Source: Candidatus Thorarchaeota archaeon (GTDB taxonomy: Archaea; Asgardarchaeota; Heimdallarchaeia; Hodarchaeales; Hodarchaeaceae). Taken from it: 32,000 bases of DNA. A program made the position numbers and the translations under genes. The stretch is from the NCBI GenBank assembly GCA_048882505.1, contig JBHLRO010000013.1:69281-101280 (forward strand). Reading direction: 5' to 3'. Positions 10,349 to 19,796 of the stretch are shown here, piece after piece. Position 1 is the first letter of the stretch, and each line of letters opens with the position of its first letter. Below the pieces are notes generated by a model. The model made no database searches and was not told where the DNA came from. It saw nothing but the letters and a program-made list of their open reading frames with translations.

Positions 10349-11122
10349 ATGTCAACTTCAACAGATATTCTTGTTTTATTTTACGGAACGGTGGCTGGTT
10401 TAGCAACCCTAGGGGGGATCTTTCTAATGAATAAAAACCGGGATTTTGCGGTAAAAAACACGGCTTATCTGAATTCATTTGCCGCGGGACTTATTGTTGC
10501 GCTGGTTTTCTTCCATCTCATGCCTGAAGCAGCTGAACTAACCGAATACGCATTTGGAGGTATATTTGCTGGTTTTTTGATTTTTTTTGTTCTAGAAAAT
10601 GTCATAATTCTCCATTCAGGGAGTGAGATTCATTTTCACCAACACGAAGTAGCCGATGATCATCCACACGCTCATACCTCCTCTAAACGATTAGGATTGA
10701 TGGCATTTTCGGGCCTTGGATTCCATTCTCTCATTGATGGCATTATACTAGGCGTGGGATTCGAATTGAGTGCGGAAATCGGCTTGCTGGCAGCATTGGC
10801 GGTAATCTCACATGAGGTACCTGAGGGAATTACCTCTTTTACCCTGATATATGAGAGCATGCCGAACCGTGCGGGGTCTCTCTCCGTTCTAGTTGCATTA
10901 GCTACTCCTGTTGGTGCAATACTCTCCATCATATTTCTTAACGAGGGATTAAATACTTCTGTTATAGGAATACTCCTCGCGATTGTCGCAGGCACATTCT
11001 TGTATGTAGCCGCATCGGATCTTATCCCCCAAACGCATGCAGAGCACAATTTTCGGAACTTGGGAGCATTTCTTACTGGTGCGCTCTTTGTTATAGCTGT
11101 ATCATCGATTCTTCGGATTTAG
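10349..11122 (+). CDS. ZIP-family metal transporter with His-rich loop
   Basis: FAAGLIVALVFFHLMPEA, His-rich loop HFHQHEVADDHPHAH, HSLIDG and HEVPEG metal-binding helices. Confidence 0.9.
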   Translation: MSTSTDILVLFYGTVAGLATLGGIFLMNKNRDFAVKNTAYLNSFAAGLIVALVFFHLMPEAAELTEYAFGGIFAGFLIFFVLENVIILHSGSEIHFHQHEVADDHPHAHTSSKRLGLMAFSGLGFHSLIDGIILGVGFELSAEIGLLAALAVISHEVPEGITSFTLIYESMPNRAGSLSVLVALATPVGAILSIIFLNEGLNTSVIGILLAIVAGTFLYVAASDLIPQTHAEHNFRNLGAFLTGALFVIAVSSILRI

Positions 11123-11149
11123 ATATGTCTAAAGAAGGTTATATAACTT

Positions 11150-11845
11150 TTATGCCTTTTCGATCCGATAAAGACAACATTCGTCTCCGAGTCGGATACA
11201 TTTATCCTTTGGGATGTTCTTTCCAAGTAATTCACTTATAATGGTCTCATGAACAGTACAGACAAGTGGTTCTTCTTTTGCAATACGATATACTAAACAA
11301 TTTGACAAACGTAAGTTATAGTCATCACCATTCTCGATAAGCTGAGGAAAAACACCCCAATTGGCTAGGATTTCGGTTATTGCGTCAAGTTTCTTTTTAA
11401 GGGAGACGGGTTTACCAGTTTCAAGATAGTTTTGGTGCATTGAATATTCAACTTCCCTAGCTAGGGTTATCCCCATATTCTCGAGAAGTCGTTTTGCTTT
11501 CGACGGACCCAGCTCGTTTTTCACCTCTTTGAGCAGACGAAGGCCAAAATCAGCGTAATCTTTAGGAAATATGTTCAGAGCGGATGGATTCAGTGCATAA
11601 ACCATTGCTGGCCTGCCCGTTGTACCTTTCCTCTGAGTGCGAGTCACGAGTTCCTCTTTCTCTAGCATTAGGAGATACTGGCGTGCCGCATTTACCGATA
11701 TTCCTGCAGCTTCAGCAATGTCTTTTACGCTTGTTTGATGAGAATCGTCCGGACCAACTCTATTTACCAGAAGAAATTCGAGGATCTTTTCTCTGGAGCT
11801 TAAATTTTCTTTTTTAATCGAAGAACTCCTTGTATACATCATCAT
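11150..11845 (-). CDS. ArsR/SufR-like (COG2345-type) winged-helix regulator with C-terminal Cys cluster
   Basis: HTH SVKDIAEAAGISVNAARQYLLMLEKEELV, GRPAMVY wing, and C-terminal NCLVY...VCTVH...KCIRLGDECC. Confidence 0.85.
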   Translation of the reverse strand: MMMYTRSSSIKKENLSSREKILEFLLVNRVGPDDSHQTSVKDIAEAAGISVNAARQYLLMLEKEELVTRTQRKGTTGRPAMVYALNPSALNIFPKDYADFGLRLLKEVKNELGPSKAKRLLENMGITLAREVEYSMHQNYLETGKPVSLKKKLDAITEILANWGVFPQLIENGDDYNLRLSNCLVYRIAKEEPLVCTVHETIISELLGKNIPKDKCIRLGDECCLYRIEKA

Positions 11846-11923
11846 GAATCAACTCGTTTTTGTACCACACCGAAACCGCCCCCAACAAGCTAGATTTGAA
11901 GATAAAATGGTTGGATTCGTTTA

Positions 11924-11967
11924 ACCGCTAATTTTTGCGGTGTAATGTTTGTAAACATAAGTTACAC
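11924..11967. promoter_or_regulatory. Candidate operator: adjacent and nested dyads in the divergent regulator/ABC promoter region
   Basis: ATGTTT-GT-AAACAT (11945-11958) lies inside GTGTAA...TTACAC (11940-11967), next to ACCGC-N8-GCGGT (11924-11941). Function is inferred from position only. Confidence 0.4.
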
Positions 11968-12113
11968 TGGCATGATTTGTAATAAATTTGAAACAGATTT
12001 GTTGATTTATATGATTTAAATGTTTTTTATATTTTTGGTGTCCTTTGTTAGGGAACTCACAGATCGAGGTTTATAATAAAAAGGCGAATAGCGATAGGTG
12101 TCGGGATTTACCT

Positions 12114-13934
12114 GTGAATACTGTACGATACTTGCTTACATATCTAGGAAAGCGCAAGAAACTCGCGATTGGGGTCATTACTTCCATTTTTATAGCACAG
12201 GTTGCCGAACTGACTATTCCGTTACTCATTGGAGCCCTTATAGATCGAATCCTAAGTACAGTCTCTCAAAATCAGTTTTCTATTGACATCATTTGGATTG
12301 GGGTCTTCTTCATAATCTGCGTAAGCTTTGTTCGAGGTTTAACTCATTTTTCTGGAAGATATTTGGGGTACAGCCAGGGGGAGCGGATCATCTACGAGAT
12401 TCGCCGGGATTTGTTTGATAAGTATGAAAATTCAAGCCTAGCTTTTTTTGATCAGATGCACACAGGGGATTTGATGGCCCGAGCAACCACGGATTTAGAA
12501 CCAATGGCTGAATTTTTAATTTGGGGAGAACGCATTCTTCTGCAAGCTTTTTTAACATATCTCGGCGTTTATACTGTTTTGTTTCTATTGGACGTCCGTC
12601 TGTTTATCATGCTTGGATTGGTGACCCCCCTGCTATTTTTACTCTCATTTTTTGTTTCCAGAAAACTAGGCCCTCTTTACTTCGATATTCGGACACAATA
12701 CGGTGTTTTGACGACTGTGATTCAGGAAAACATTTCAGGAGCCCAGATTGTACGATCATTCAATGCAGAAAAGCGGGAACGAGCGAAATTTGATGGAGAA
12801 AACTTGGCGTACCAGAGTCTCAGAGCTTACGCCTTTAAAATTCGCTCCCTGTTTCTGCCTGCGATTTTATTTATTGTGAATCTCCTGATAACTCTGCTAA
12901 TCTTTCTTGGGGGTGTACAGGTAATCGGGGGAAATTTAAGTCCTGGGCTTTTTGTGACAATGATTTCGTATTTTACATTGTTGGCAACACCTACTCGATT
13001 TCTTGCGTTTTCTATGATTATGTTTGAAAGAGTGAAAGCTGCTGGAGAACGTGTATTCACGCTACTCGAGGAAAAAACAATCATTCCCGAGACAGAAAAT
13101 CCGACTAATGTTTCCCATCTTACGTTTCCTCCAACGATTGTTTTTAATGATGTAACATTTGCCTATGATGAAAAACCTGTCTTGAGAAACATAAATCTTA
13201 CCCTCCATCCTGGGGAACGTGTGGCCGTACTGGGCCCAACTGGATCTGGAAAAACAGCTCTTATTTCGATGATTCCTAGATTTTACGATCCCTCCAAAGG
13301 ATCTCTTACCGTCAGCTGGAATCCTACAAATAGTTACAGGCTGAATGATTTGTTTTTGAAACAATGGCGAGAAAAAATCGGCTTTGTACATCAAGAACCC
13401 TTTCTTTGGGGGCGAACTATAAGTGAAAACGTTTCGTTTGGATTAACGGATATTAAACCTGAGGAAATTGAAGAGGTTCTAAAGATTGTGCAGATGGACG
13501 AGTTTGTCAAGTCGCTTCCTGACGGCATTGAGACGCTACTAGGAGAACGGGGAGTAACGTTATCAGGGGGCCAGAAACAACGCGTAGCTATCGCTAGGAT
13601 GCTTCTTAGAAAACGACCAGTATTAATCCTGGATGACGCCACCTCGGCACTGGACATTACAACCGAGACAAAGTTCCAGGAGGCTTTTGAGAGATATTTG
13701 AAGGATCATCATCCGACCGTTGTGGTGATTACACAGCGATTGTCAACACTTAAGATGGTCGATCGTATTATAATCATGCATCAGGGACAGATTTTCGAAG
13801 AGGGCACACATGAAGAATTGATGCGATCAGGAGAAATTTACCCACTTCTCTATAGAACCCAATATGAGGATGACGGGCTAGTTGATGTTAAACTCGCTCT
13901 AGAACGGATAGTCAAGGAGAGGATCACAAATTAG
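12114..13934 (+). CDS. ABC exporter half-transporter (TMD+NBD), subunit A of an MdlA/MdlB-like heterodimer
   Basis: Walker A GPTGSGKT, signature LSGGQKQR, Walker B ILDDATSALD, TGDLMARATTD. GTG 12114 with an upstream AGGTG is preferred over the track's TTG 12045. Confidence 0.93.
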   Translation: MNTVRYLLTYLGKRKKLAIGVITSIFIAQVAELTIPLLIGALIDRILSTVSQNQFSIDIIWIGVFFIICVSFVRGLTHFSGRYLGYSQGERIIYEIRRDLFDKYENSSLAFFDQMHTGDLMARATTDLEPMAEFLIWGERILLQAFLTYLGVYTVLFLLDVRLFIMLGLVTPLLFLLSFFVSRKLGPLYFDIRTQYGVLTTVIQENISGAQIVRSFNAEKRERAKFDGENLAYQSLRAYAFKIRSLFLPAILFIVNLLITLLIFLGGVQVIGGNLSPGLFVTMISYFTLLATPTRFLAFSMIMFERVKAAGERVFTLLEEKTIIPETENPTNVSHLTFPPTIVFNDVTFAYDEKPVLRNINLTLHPGERVAVLGPTGSGKTALISMIPRFYDPSKGSLTVSWNPTNSYRLNDLFLKQWREKIGFVHQEPFLWGRTISENVSFGLTDIKPEEIEEVLKIVQMDEFVKSLPDGIETLLGERGVTLSGGQKQRVAIARMLLRKRPVLILDDATSALDITTETKFQEAFERYLKDHHPTVVVITQRLSTLKMVDRIIIMHQGQIFEEGTHEELMRSGEIYPLLYRTQYEDDGLVDVKLALERIVKERITN

Positions 13935-15708
13935 TGAGGATCAGGATCAGCGCGACAGATTAAGACGGTCCTACTCGGACCGTGAACTTTTTGTTCGGCT
14001 ACTAGGGTATACACGGCCCCATTTGCTGGTGTTTGGCTTGGCTCTAGGAGCAATGTTGGTCGCCTCGATTCTAACTGTTGTCCATCCTCTCATCCTCGCA
14101 GTAGCCATTGATGAATACATCATTCCTGGCAATATAGCTGGTTTGGGAACTATAGCGCTTATTTATTTTGCAGTTGCCGTTGTTGCTTTTCTCCTTAATG
14201 TCGTATCAATGTATATCACAACAATTACAGGCCTCACAATCATTACTAGGATTCGTCAACAGGCATTTTATCAACTTCAGGAATTTAGTATGGATTATTA
14301 TGATCGAGAAGCCACGGGTCGTATCGTTTCTCGAGTCACAAATGATGTAGAACGCCTCATGAATCTTCTTTCAACGGGAATTATCGAGGCACTGGTTTCT
14401 GGCATGTTTCTGTCCGTTCTGTTTTTCGTATTATTCTCTCTCGATTTTCGGCTAGCAGTCACCGTGCTGATTATTTTTCCCATTTTATCGGTTTTTATTG
14501 TTTATTTTAGAATTAAGACCAGGATAGCGTGGCAGAAAACCCGAAGAACGCTAGCCAAGGTCACAGGTTACTATCAAGAGGCTATTTCAGGAATAGAGGT
14601 CTCCAAGGCTTTTGCAGCTGAAACTTTTATGGAAGAGGAATTTAATACGCTAAACCTCGAGAATTATGAAACTCGTCTTAGAGCCCTGCTATTATTTGCC
14701 ATTTTTTTCCCGCTGGTAGACACAGTTTTAGCCATAGGTACAGGTTTAGTGGTCTTAGTGGGTGGAGTGGCCATTGGAACCTCCACTATGTCTGTAGGCT
14801 TATTTGTTGCCTTTTTATCTTACTTAGGACGGATAGCTCAGCCCGTAATGACGCTCTCAACCTTTTATAATAATCTGGTAGCGGCTATGGCCGCATTAGA
14901 ACGGATTTTTGACATTCTGGATAGAAACCCTGGAGTTATTCCCAGGGAGAAACGGCCATTGAATAGTTTAGAAGGCGGGATTGAATTCCGTGACGTCTCT
15001 TTCGCATATGATCAAGGGAGCCCTATGGTTCTTAGTAATTTTAATCTGGAAATTCCTGCGAAGGGTACTTACGCATTGGTGGGCCATACGGGGGCTGGTA
15101 AGACCACTGTGACCAACCTTCTGTGTCGGTTTTATGACTTTGATACCGGTCAAATCCTCTTGGATGGAAAGGTGGATATCCGCGATCTAGACCTACATAG
15201 CTATAGAAATTGGGTAGCAATAATCCCTCAAGATTCATTCCTATTTACGGGAACCATTCGAGAGAACCTTCTTTACGGTAAGCCAGATGCAACAGAGGAA
15301 GAGATTGAACAGGCCCTCTTGAAGGTTGGGGCGTTTGATTTTGTAATGAATAAAGGCCTGGATACTGAGGTCGGTGAACGAGGGGCTCGCCTTTCAATGG
15401 GCGAGCGTCAACTAGTTTGTTTCGCTCGTGCAGTTATAAGTGACCCCAAAATCCTGATCCTTGATGAGGCCACCTCGTCGATCGATCCTCATACAGAACT
15501 TGTAATCCAGCAAAGCCTTCACCAGATCATCAGAAACAGAACAACCGTGATAATTGCGCACCGCCTCTCGACCCTTAAGAACGCAGAAAAGATAATCGTG
15601 ATGGAAGATGGACAAATACGTGAAAGGGGGACATTTCAGGAGCTAATTGACAAACAGGGGATATTCGCTGACTTATATTCCAAGCAGTTTGCAGATCAGG
15701 AAACCTAG
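13930..15708 (+). CDS. ABC exporter half-transporter (TMD+NBD), subunit B
   Basis: Walker A GHTGAGKT, LSMGERQ, ILDEATSSID, IAHRL. The frame is open upstream of the track start (SEDQDQRDRLRRSYSDRELFVRLLGYTRPH), where the only start-like codon is ATT 13930. Confidence 0.92.
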   Translation: MSEDQDQRDRLRRSYSDRELFVRLLGYTRPHLLVFGLALGAMLVASILTVVHPLILAVAIDEYIIPGNIAGLGTIALIYFAVAVVAFLLNVVSMYITTITGLTIITRIRQQAFYQLQEFSMDYYDREATGRIVSRVTNDVERLMNLLSTGIIEALVSGMFLSVLFFVLFSLDFRLAVTVLIIFPILSVFIVYFRIKTRIAWQKTRRTLAKVTGYYQEAISGIEVSKAFAAETFMEEEFNTLNLENYETRLRALLLFAIFFPLVDTVLAIGTGLVVLVGGVAIGTSTMSVGLFVAFLSYLGRIAQPVMTLSTFYNNLVAAMAALERIFDILDRNPGVIPREKRPLNSLEGGIEFRDVSFAYDQGSPMVLSNFNLEIPAKGTYALVGHTGAGKTTVTNLLCRFYDFDTGQILLDGKVDIRDLDLHSYRNWVAIIPQDSFLFTGTIRENLLYGKPDATEEEIEQALLKVGAFDFVMNKGLDTEVGERGARLSMGERQLVCFARAVISDPKILILDEATSSIDPHTELVIQQSLHQIIRNRTTVIIAHRLSTLKNAEKIIVMEDGQIRERGTFQELIDKQGIFADLYSKQFADQET

Positions 15709-15834
15709 AGCCATTGGTTAATAAGGGATTATGAGTCCTTCCCTTTCTCCTTGGTTTCTGGGGAGAGAGTGACAATCAAAACATCTATTCAGGTTTGACA
15801 TTTCCATCGTATATCGGTCTCTGGTGATCTTTCC

Positions 15835-17196
15835 ATGGTAGATATCTCAAGTACTGACTCCCAATCAGATCAATCTAAAGAACCACGAGATCTACGCGAG
15901 CGTTTATCAATTTACTCTCTGAGCGTGGGATGGGCTGCGGGAAGGTCCTCGATTTTTGTTTATCTGTCGTATTTCGGAGTTGTTCTGGGGGCTTCACCAC
16001 TTGAACAGTCCATTCTAACCTCCGTGCGAAACTTAGGGGCAAACATGTTCCAATCAGTTTGGGGATGGCTCGCAGACCTTAAAGGTCGAAGGTTGGTTTT
16101 GGTAATTGGTTTTACAACACTTGCGCTTTCCACATTACTTCTACCTTTCGTTAACAATCCCTTTGAATTAGTTCTTGTGTCCCTAGTTCTTACATCAATC
16201 GGGTTCGCTGTAATCCCTGCGTGGAATGCATTTCTCGGAGACTATTCTTCTGAAAAGACACGAGCTTCATTTGTGGGAAAAATAAATTCCTTGGGAACAA
16301 TAACCAGTGTTGTATTAATCCTTTCAGTAGGAGTTCTTATGGATCTCACTCCCTTCCCCTTTCCCCGAGAGGCCATTCAATATGCATCCAGTAGACCTGC
16401 TTTTGTTATTCCATTCCTCATAGGAGGCTTATTATTTGTCGTAAGTTTGGGTACCTCCTTTGTTCTGGTTGAAAAATACGATAAACGCCTGTCAAAGGTA
16501 CCTTTTCCCGAAGAGGTTCGTTTATCCATGAATGAATTGATCCAAAGAAATCCCCCATTCCGACGTCTTTTACCCATTGATGCCATTTTTAGATTTGCTA
16601 TGAGTACGGCGTGGCCTATCTTCCCCTTTGTTACCTTAAGGGTTGCAACTTCATGGTTGACTGTAGCCATCTTATGGGTTGTTTTTAATCTTCCTCGCGG
16701 TATTGGACAGGCTTGGGGAGGGCAGCTAGCAGATCAGTTGGGCAAAAAACCTGTTATAATTGCTTCACGAATTGCTTACACAATCGTACCAATTGGATAT
16801 GCACTTGGGCTTCTAACTGGAGACGTTTTATTTCTATTACTAGTAAACATACCTGGAGGAATGGCATTTGGGGCCGAGGACACCGCAATTGCCACTTACT
16901 CCCTGGACTGCTCCACAACGGAGACAAAAGCTCGATATTATTCAATTCTCCTAACTTTCGAAGGAATAGCTGCATTTTCAGGGGCCATTTTCTCAGGCCT
17001 TGTAATGGATATTTGGTTACGGCTTGTTGGAATCGACTATTCTAGCACAAATTTCAATATAATATTGATTTCTATGCTGATGTTTATCTCTATACTCCGA
17101 TTCTTGACTGCTATTCTTCACGGCCTGATACATGCTAATCCCTTGGATTTTGAGCTGGAACAAGCCGTCCATAGAAGAAGGAAGTATGAACCGTGA
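15835..17196 (+). CDS. Major facilitator superfamily transporter
   Basis: About 12 TMs with MFS motif A in both halves (GWLADLKGRR, GQLADQLGKK). Confidence 0.88.
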   Translation: MVDISSTDSQSDQSKEPRDLRERLSIYSLSVGWAAGRSSIFVYLSYFGVVLGASPLEQSILTSVRNLGANMFQSVWGWLADLKGRRLVLVIGFTTLALSTLLLPFVNNPFELVLVSLVLTSIGFAVIPAWNAFLGDYSSEKTRASFVGKINSLGTITSVVLILSVGVLMDLTPFPFPREAIQYASSRPAFVIPFLIGGLLFVVSLGTSFVLVEKYDKRLSKVPFPEEVRLSMNELIQRNPPFRRLLPIDAIFRFAMSTAWPIFPFVTLRVATSWLTVAILWVVFNLPRGIGQAWGGQLADQLGKKPVIIASRIAYTIVPIGYALGLLTGDVLFLLLVNIPGGMAFGAEDTAIATYSLDCSTTETKARYYSILLTFEGIAAFSGAIFSGLVMDIWLRLVGIDYSSTNFNIILISMLMFISILRFLTAILHGLIHANPLDFELEQAVHRRRKYEP

Positions 17197-17271
17197 CAAT
17201 TTAGAACGCTTTTAGATCCGAGACATCATCTTTAAAACCTTAATAATCCCTCCTCTGTCTTTTATCCTATC

Positions 17272-17424
17272 ATGAAACCAATGGAAATCCGCTGCAATGT
17301 GTGCCCAAGCATAGTAAACAAACAAGAATCCCAAGACTTTTTTCCAGATTTCTAAACCTTAGATATTTGTAACTCATGTTATTTCCAAGGACCGAAACAA
17401 CGATTTATGGTAATTCCTACATAA
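17272..17424 (+). pseudogene. Zinc-finger micro-protein (CxxC...CxxC) interrupted by an in-frame TAA
   Basis: Translates MKPMEIRCNVCPSIVNKQESQDFFPDF*TLDICNSCYFQGPKQRFMVIPT*, with the internal TAA at 17353-17355. Confidence 0.45.
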
Positions 17425-17488
17425 CATGACGGATTATCAGTAATGTCGGAAGGAGACAGGTCAAAGCGTTCTCAAGGTTTGATTACTG

Positions 17489-18103
17489 ATGGGTATACTT
17501 GCCAAGATTTTTGCAAAGAGTCGAAGATCTAAGCTGACAATTGGGATTTTGGGTGCCCCAAATGCAGGAAAAACAACTCTTGCAAATCGCATATCGTCTG
17601 AGTGTGGAGACGGAACCCCATTGGGGGAAGTGTCTCCCATACCACATGAAACCAGAGACTGTGTTGCAATGGAGCATTGCTCCATTACGGATCAGCATGG
17701 TTCCTTAGATCTTACTATTGTAGACACTCCTGGTATCACTACTTCCATAGATTATAGAGAGTTCCAAATATATGGTCTCAGCAAAGATCAGAGTATTAAT
17801 CGCGCTAAAGAGGCAACTCGAGGTGTAATAAAAGCAATTCAGTCTTTAGATCGTATGGATGCGGCCATCGTCGTTGTAGATTCTGCTCGTGAACCGTTCG
17901 ATCAGGTGAATTGGACTGTTATAGGAAATCTAGAGGCACGTAATATTCCCCTTATCGTTGCTGCCAATAAGACGGATCTCGCCAAATCAAATCCAGATTT
18001 GGTGCGAGACGTATTCCAAAGTGATATTATCCCAATTTCTGCAAAAAAAGGTACAGGGATGAATGAACTTTACACCTCCCTATTAGGGCTTTCGCAAATG
18101 TAG
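17489..18103 (+). CDS. oapA: Era-like small GTPase (OapA homolog)
   Basis: G1 GAPNAGKTT, G3 DTPG, G4 ANKTD, G5 ISAKKG; HETR and EATRGVIKAIQ segments; followed by DUF2073 and Zn-ribbon genes as in the conserved archaeal operon. Confidence 0.88.
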   Translation: MGILAKIFAKSRRSKLTIGILGAPNAGKTTLANRISSECGDGTPLGEVSPIPHETRDCVAMEHCSITDQHGSLDLTIVDTPGITTSIDYREFQIYGLSKDQSINRAKEATRGVIKAIQSLDRMDAAIVVVDSAREPFDQVNWTVIGNLEARNIPLIVAANKTDLAKSNPDLVRDVFQSDIIPISAKKGTGMNELYTSLLGLSQM

Positions 18104-18104
18104 T

Positions 18105-18428
18105 GTGGTGGGAATCCAAATGGATCTTAGAATAGATTTTGTGACGATCAATACAACTAAGAAGATGGATGTCACAGAGAAATGTGATTTTATAATTTCA
18201 AAGTTGCAGAATGAGAGAGTTGTAGTTTTTGAAGGTGGCCTCCAGCCAGAAGAAGAGGCAGAACTAATTCAAGAGGCAATGAAACAGATTGATCACGAGG
18301 ATTTTATGGGATATAGGATTTTATCTCCGACGCCTGTCCGAACATCTGGTCTTTTTTCCCGTAAAGATATCCGTATGACTGTGATCGCACCTTCAAACTA
18401 TCAGAGACTTTCCATTGCGTTAGTATAG
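18105..18428 (+). CDS. oapB: DUF2073 family protein (OapB homolog)
   Basis: VVVFEGGLQPEEEAELIQEAMKQIDHEDFMG and MTVIAPSN match the DUF2073 pattern; starts 1 nt after the oapA stop. Confidence 0.82.
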   Translation: MVGIQMDLRIDFVTINTTKKMDVTEKCDFIISKLQNERVVVFEGGLQPEEEAELIQEAMKQIDHEDFMGYRILSPTPVRTSGLFSRKDIRMTVIAPSNYQRLSIALV

Positions 18429-18446
18429 ATTATCGAATGATGTGAA

Positions 18447-18815
18447 ATGTCCAGTAACCAGGATAGCTTGAAGCGCTATAAATGTGCCCAATGTGGTCGG
18501 AGTCCCACTTCGGAATGGGAAATTTTCAAAGGTTGCAAATGTGGACATAGACTTTTCCGAATTGTACCTCGGCCTAAACCGTTATTAATTCCTGGCAGGC
18601 CGTATCAGCTTACAAATAAGCAGGAAGTGCCAGAGTTTTTAACCGTAAAGGAGGAAAGAGAAGGTATCTACGAAATCAATGTTAACAAACTCCTCCAGAA
18701 TAACGAGGCCCAGCAGACTCCCTTGGTAGTAGGAACGGAGGGGGTTTTCCTCATAAAAGGGTTGGTACCGAGAAGAAAAAGTGAGACCCAACGAAATACT
18801 AACTCACAAGTTTGA
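18447..18815 (+). CDS. oapC: Zn-ribbon protein, DUF2072-like (OapC homolog)
   Basis: CAQC...EIFKGCKCG zinc ribbon and GIYEINVNKLL...EGVFLI C-terminal motif; third gene of the operon. Confidence 0.82.
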   Translation: MSSNQDSLKRYKCAQCGRSPTSEWEIFKGCKCGHRLFRIVPRPKPLLIPGRPYQLTNKQEVPEFLTVKEEREGIYEINVNKLLQNNEAQQTPLVVGTEGVFLIKGLVPRRKSETQRNTNSQV

Positions 18816-19683
18816 TTTCCCGCGTCACTTCATTCAGGTCGCAAATCCGTAATTCATGAAGATACCGTAGATGTTTTCTGGCAATAATGGGTGTAATTCC
18901 CAGTTCCGTGGCAAGTGTGTCAAGAGCTAGTGTTTTAACTTTTTTTCTCTCAAAATAATCAATGATGTACAAAACGATTTTCCCTACCTCACTCTCCTGC
19001 AGAATGGTTCTGAGATGGCGACTTCGTACCAAATCGCTTTTGCTCGGGTCAGCCTGTTCAAGTTGCCCTGCGCGTACTTCGGCCCGTTTAACTTCAGCCT
19101 GCATCTGGCTTAGTATTTCTCGATGTCCTGCCTCTATCTCTCTTATCTCCCCTTCTGTTTGTTGCAGAAGATCTTGAAGTTTCGAAATTTGCATAAGGTA
19201 GGTCTGCTGCTCCTCCTTGGCACCATGTATTGCCTTAATATACTCATTAAGCTGTATGAGCTGGTTTTCAATGATCTGATTTTTATCGTTAATGATTGTC
19301 TGAGCGGTCTTATACTCCTTCTGCAGAAGTTGCAGTTCCTGTTCTCTTTCGGTCAAAATATTCCTAGTGGCTATTAATTGGGCTTTTAATTCTGAAACTT
19401 GAGCTGAGTATTCTTGAATTTGGGAATCGATTGCGTCTTGTTTCAGTATCAGTTGTGCTTCTAATGTACCAATAGTTTCTTTTTGATTCTGGACTTTGAG
19501 GGCTAGTTTAGAAGAATCATTGTCGATTTCTCTTATGATCTGTCTTTTTTCATCAGTGGGTCCTTTGGCTAGAGCATTAATATGTTTAGATTTCATTTCT
19601 TTAGGAACAAGCTGGCTGTCTTCACCCCCTTCTTCGCTAAGAGATGCTTCTTCCGATGAAGTCGGATCTTCGCTATCAGCCAT
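18799..19683 (-). CDS. Long coiled-coil protein with C-terminal winged-helix-like domain
   Basis: Acidic disordered N-terminus, roughly 165 aa of E/Q/K/L-rich heptad-like sequence, then LALDTLATELGITPIIARKHLRYLHELRICDL (HTH plus wing). Confidence 0.8.
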   Translation of the reverse strand: MADSEDPTSSEEASLSEEGGEDSQLVPKEMKSKHINALAKGPTDEKRQIIREIDNDSSKLALKVQNQKETIGTLEAQLILKQDAIDSQIQEYSAQVSELKAQLIATRNILTEREQELQLLQKEYKTAQTIINDKNQIIENQLIQLNEYIKAIHGAKEEQQTYLMQISKLQDLLQQTEGEIREIEAGHREILSQMQAEVKRAEVRAGQLEQADPSKSDLVRSRHLRTILQESEVGKIVLYIIDYFERKKVKTLALDTLATELGITPIIARKHLRYLHELRICDLNEVTREIKLVS

Positions 19684-19759
19684 AGTCTATAAACCCAATG
19701 ATTGTGTAATTTGATCTTAAATCATTTCATCTACTGTTACTTTAAAAAGTCAATTAATC

Positions 19760-19796
19760 AATCTTGTATCAAAAATACTTGGTATGAAATCTGTAT
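19760..19796. repeat. Three imperfect direct repeats at a 14-bp period
   Basis: AATCTTGTAT (19760), AATACTTGGTAT (19774), AATCTGTAT (19788). The context is AT-rich, so chance is not excluded. Confidence 0.3.
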
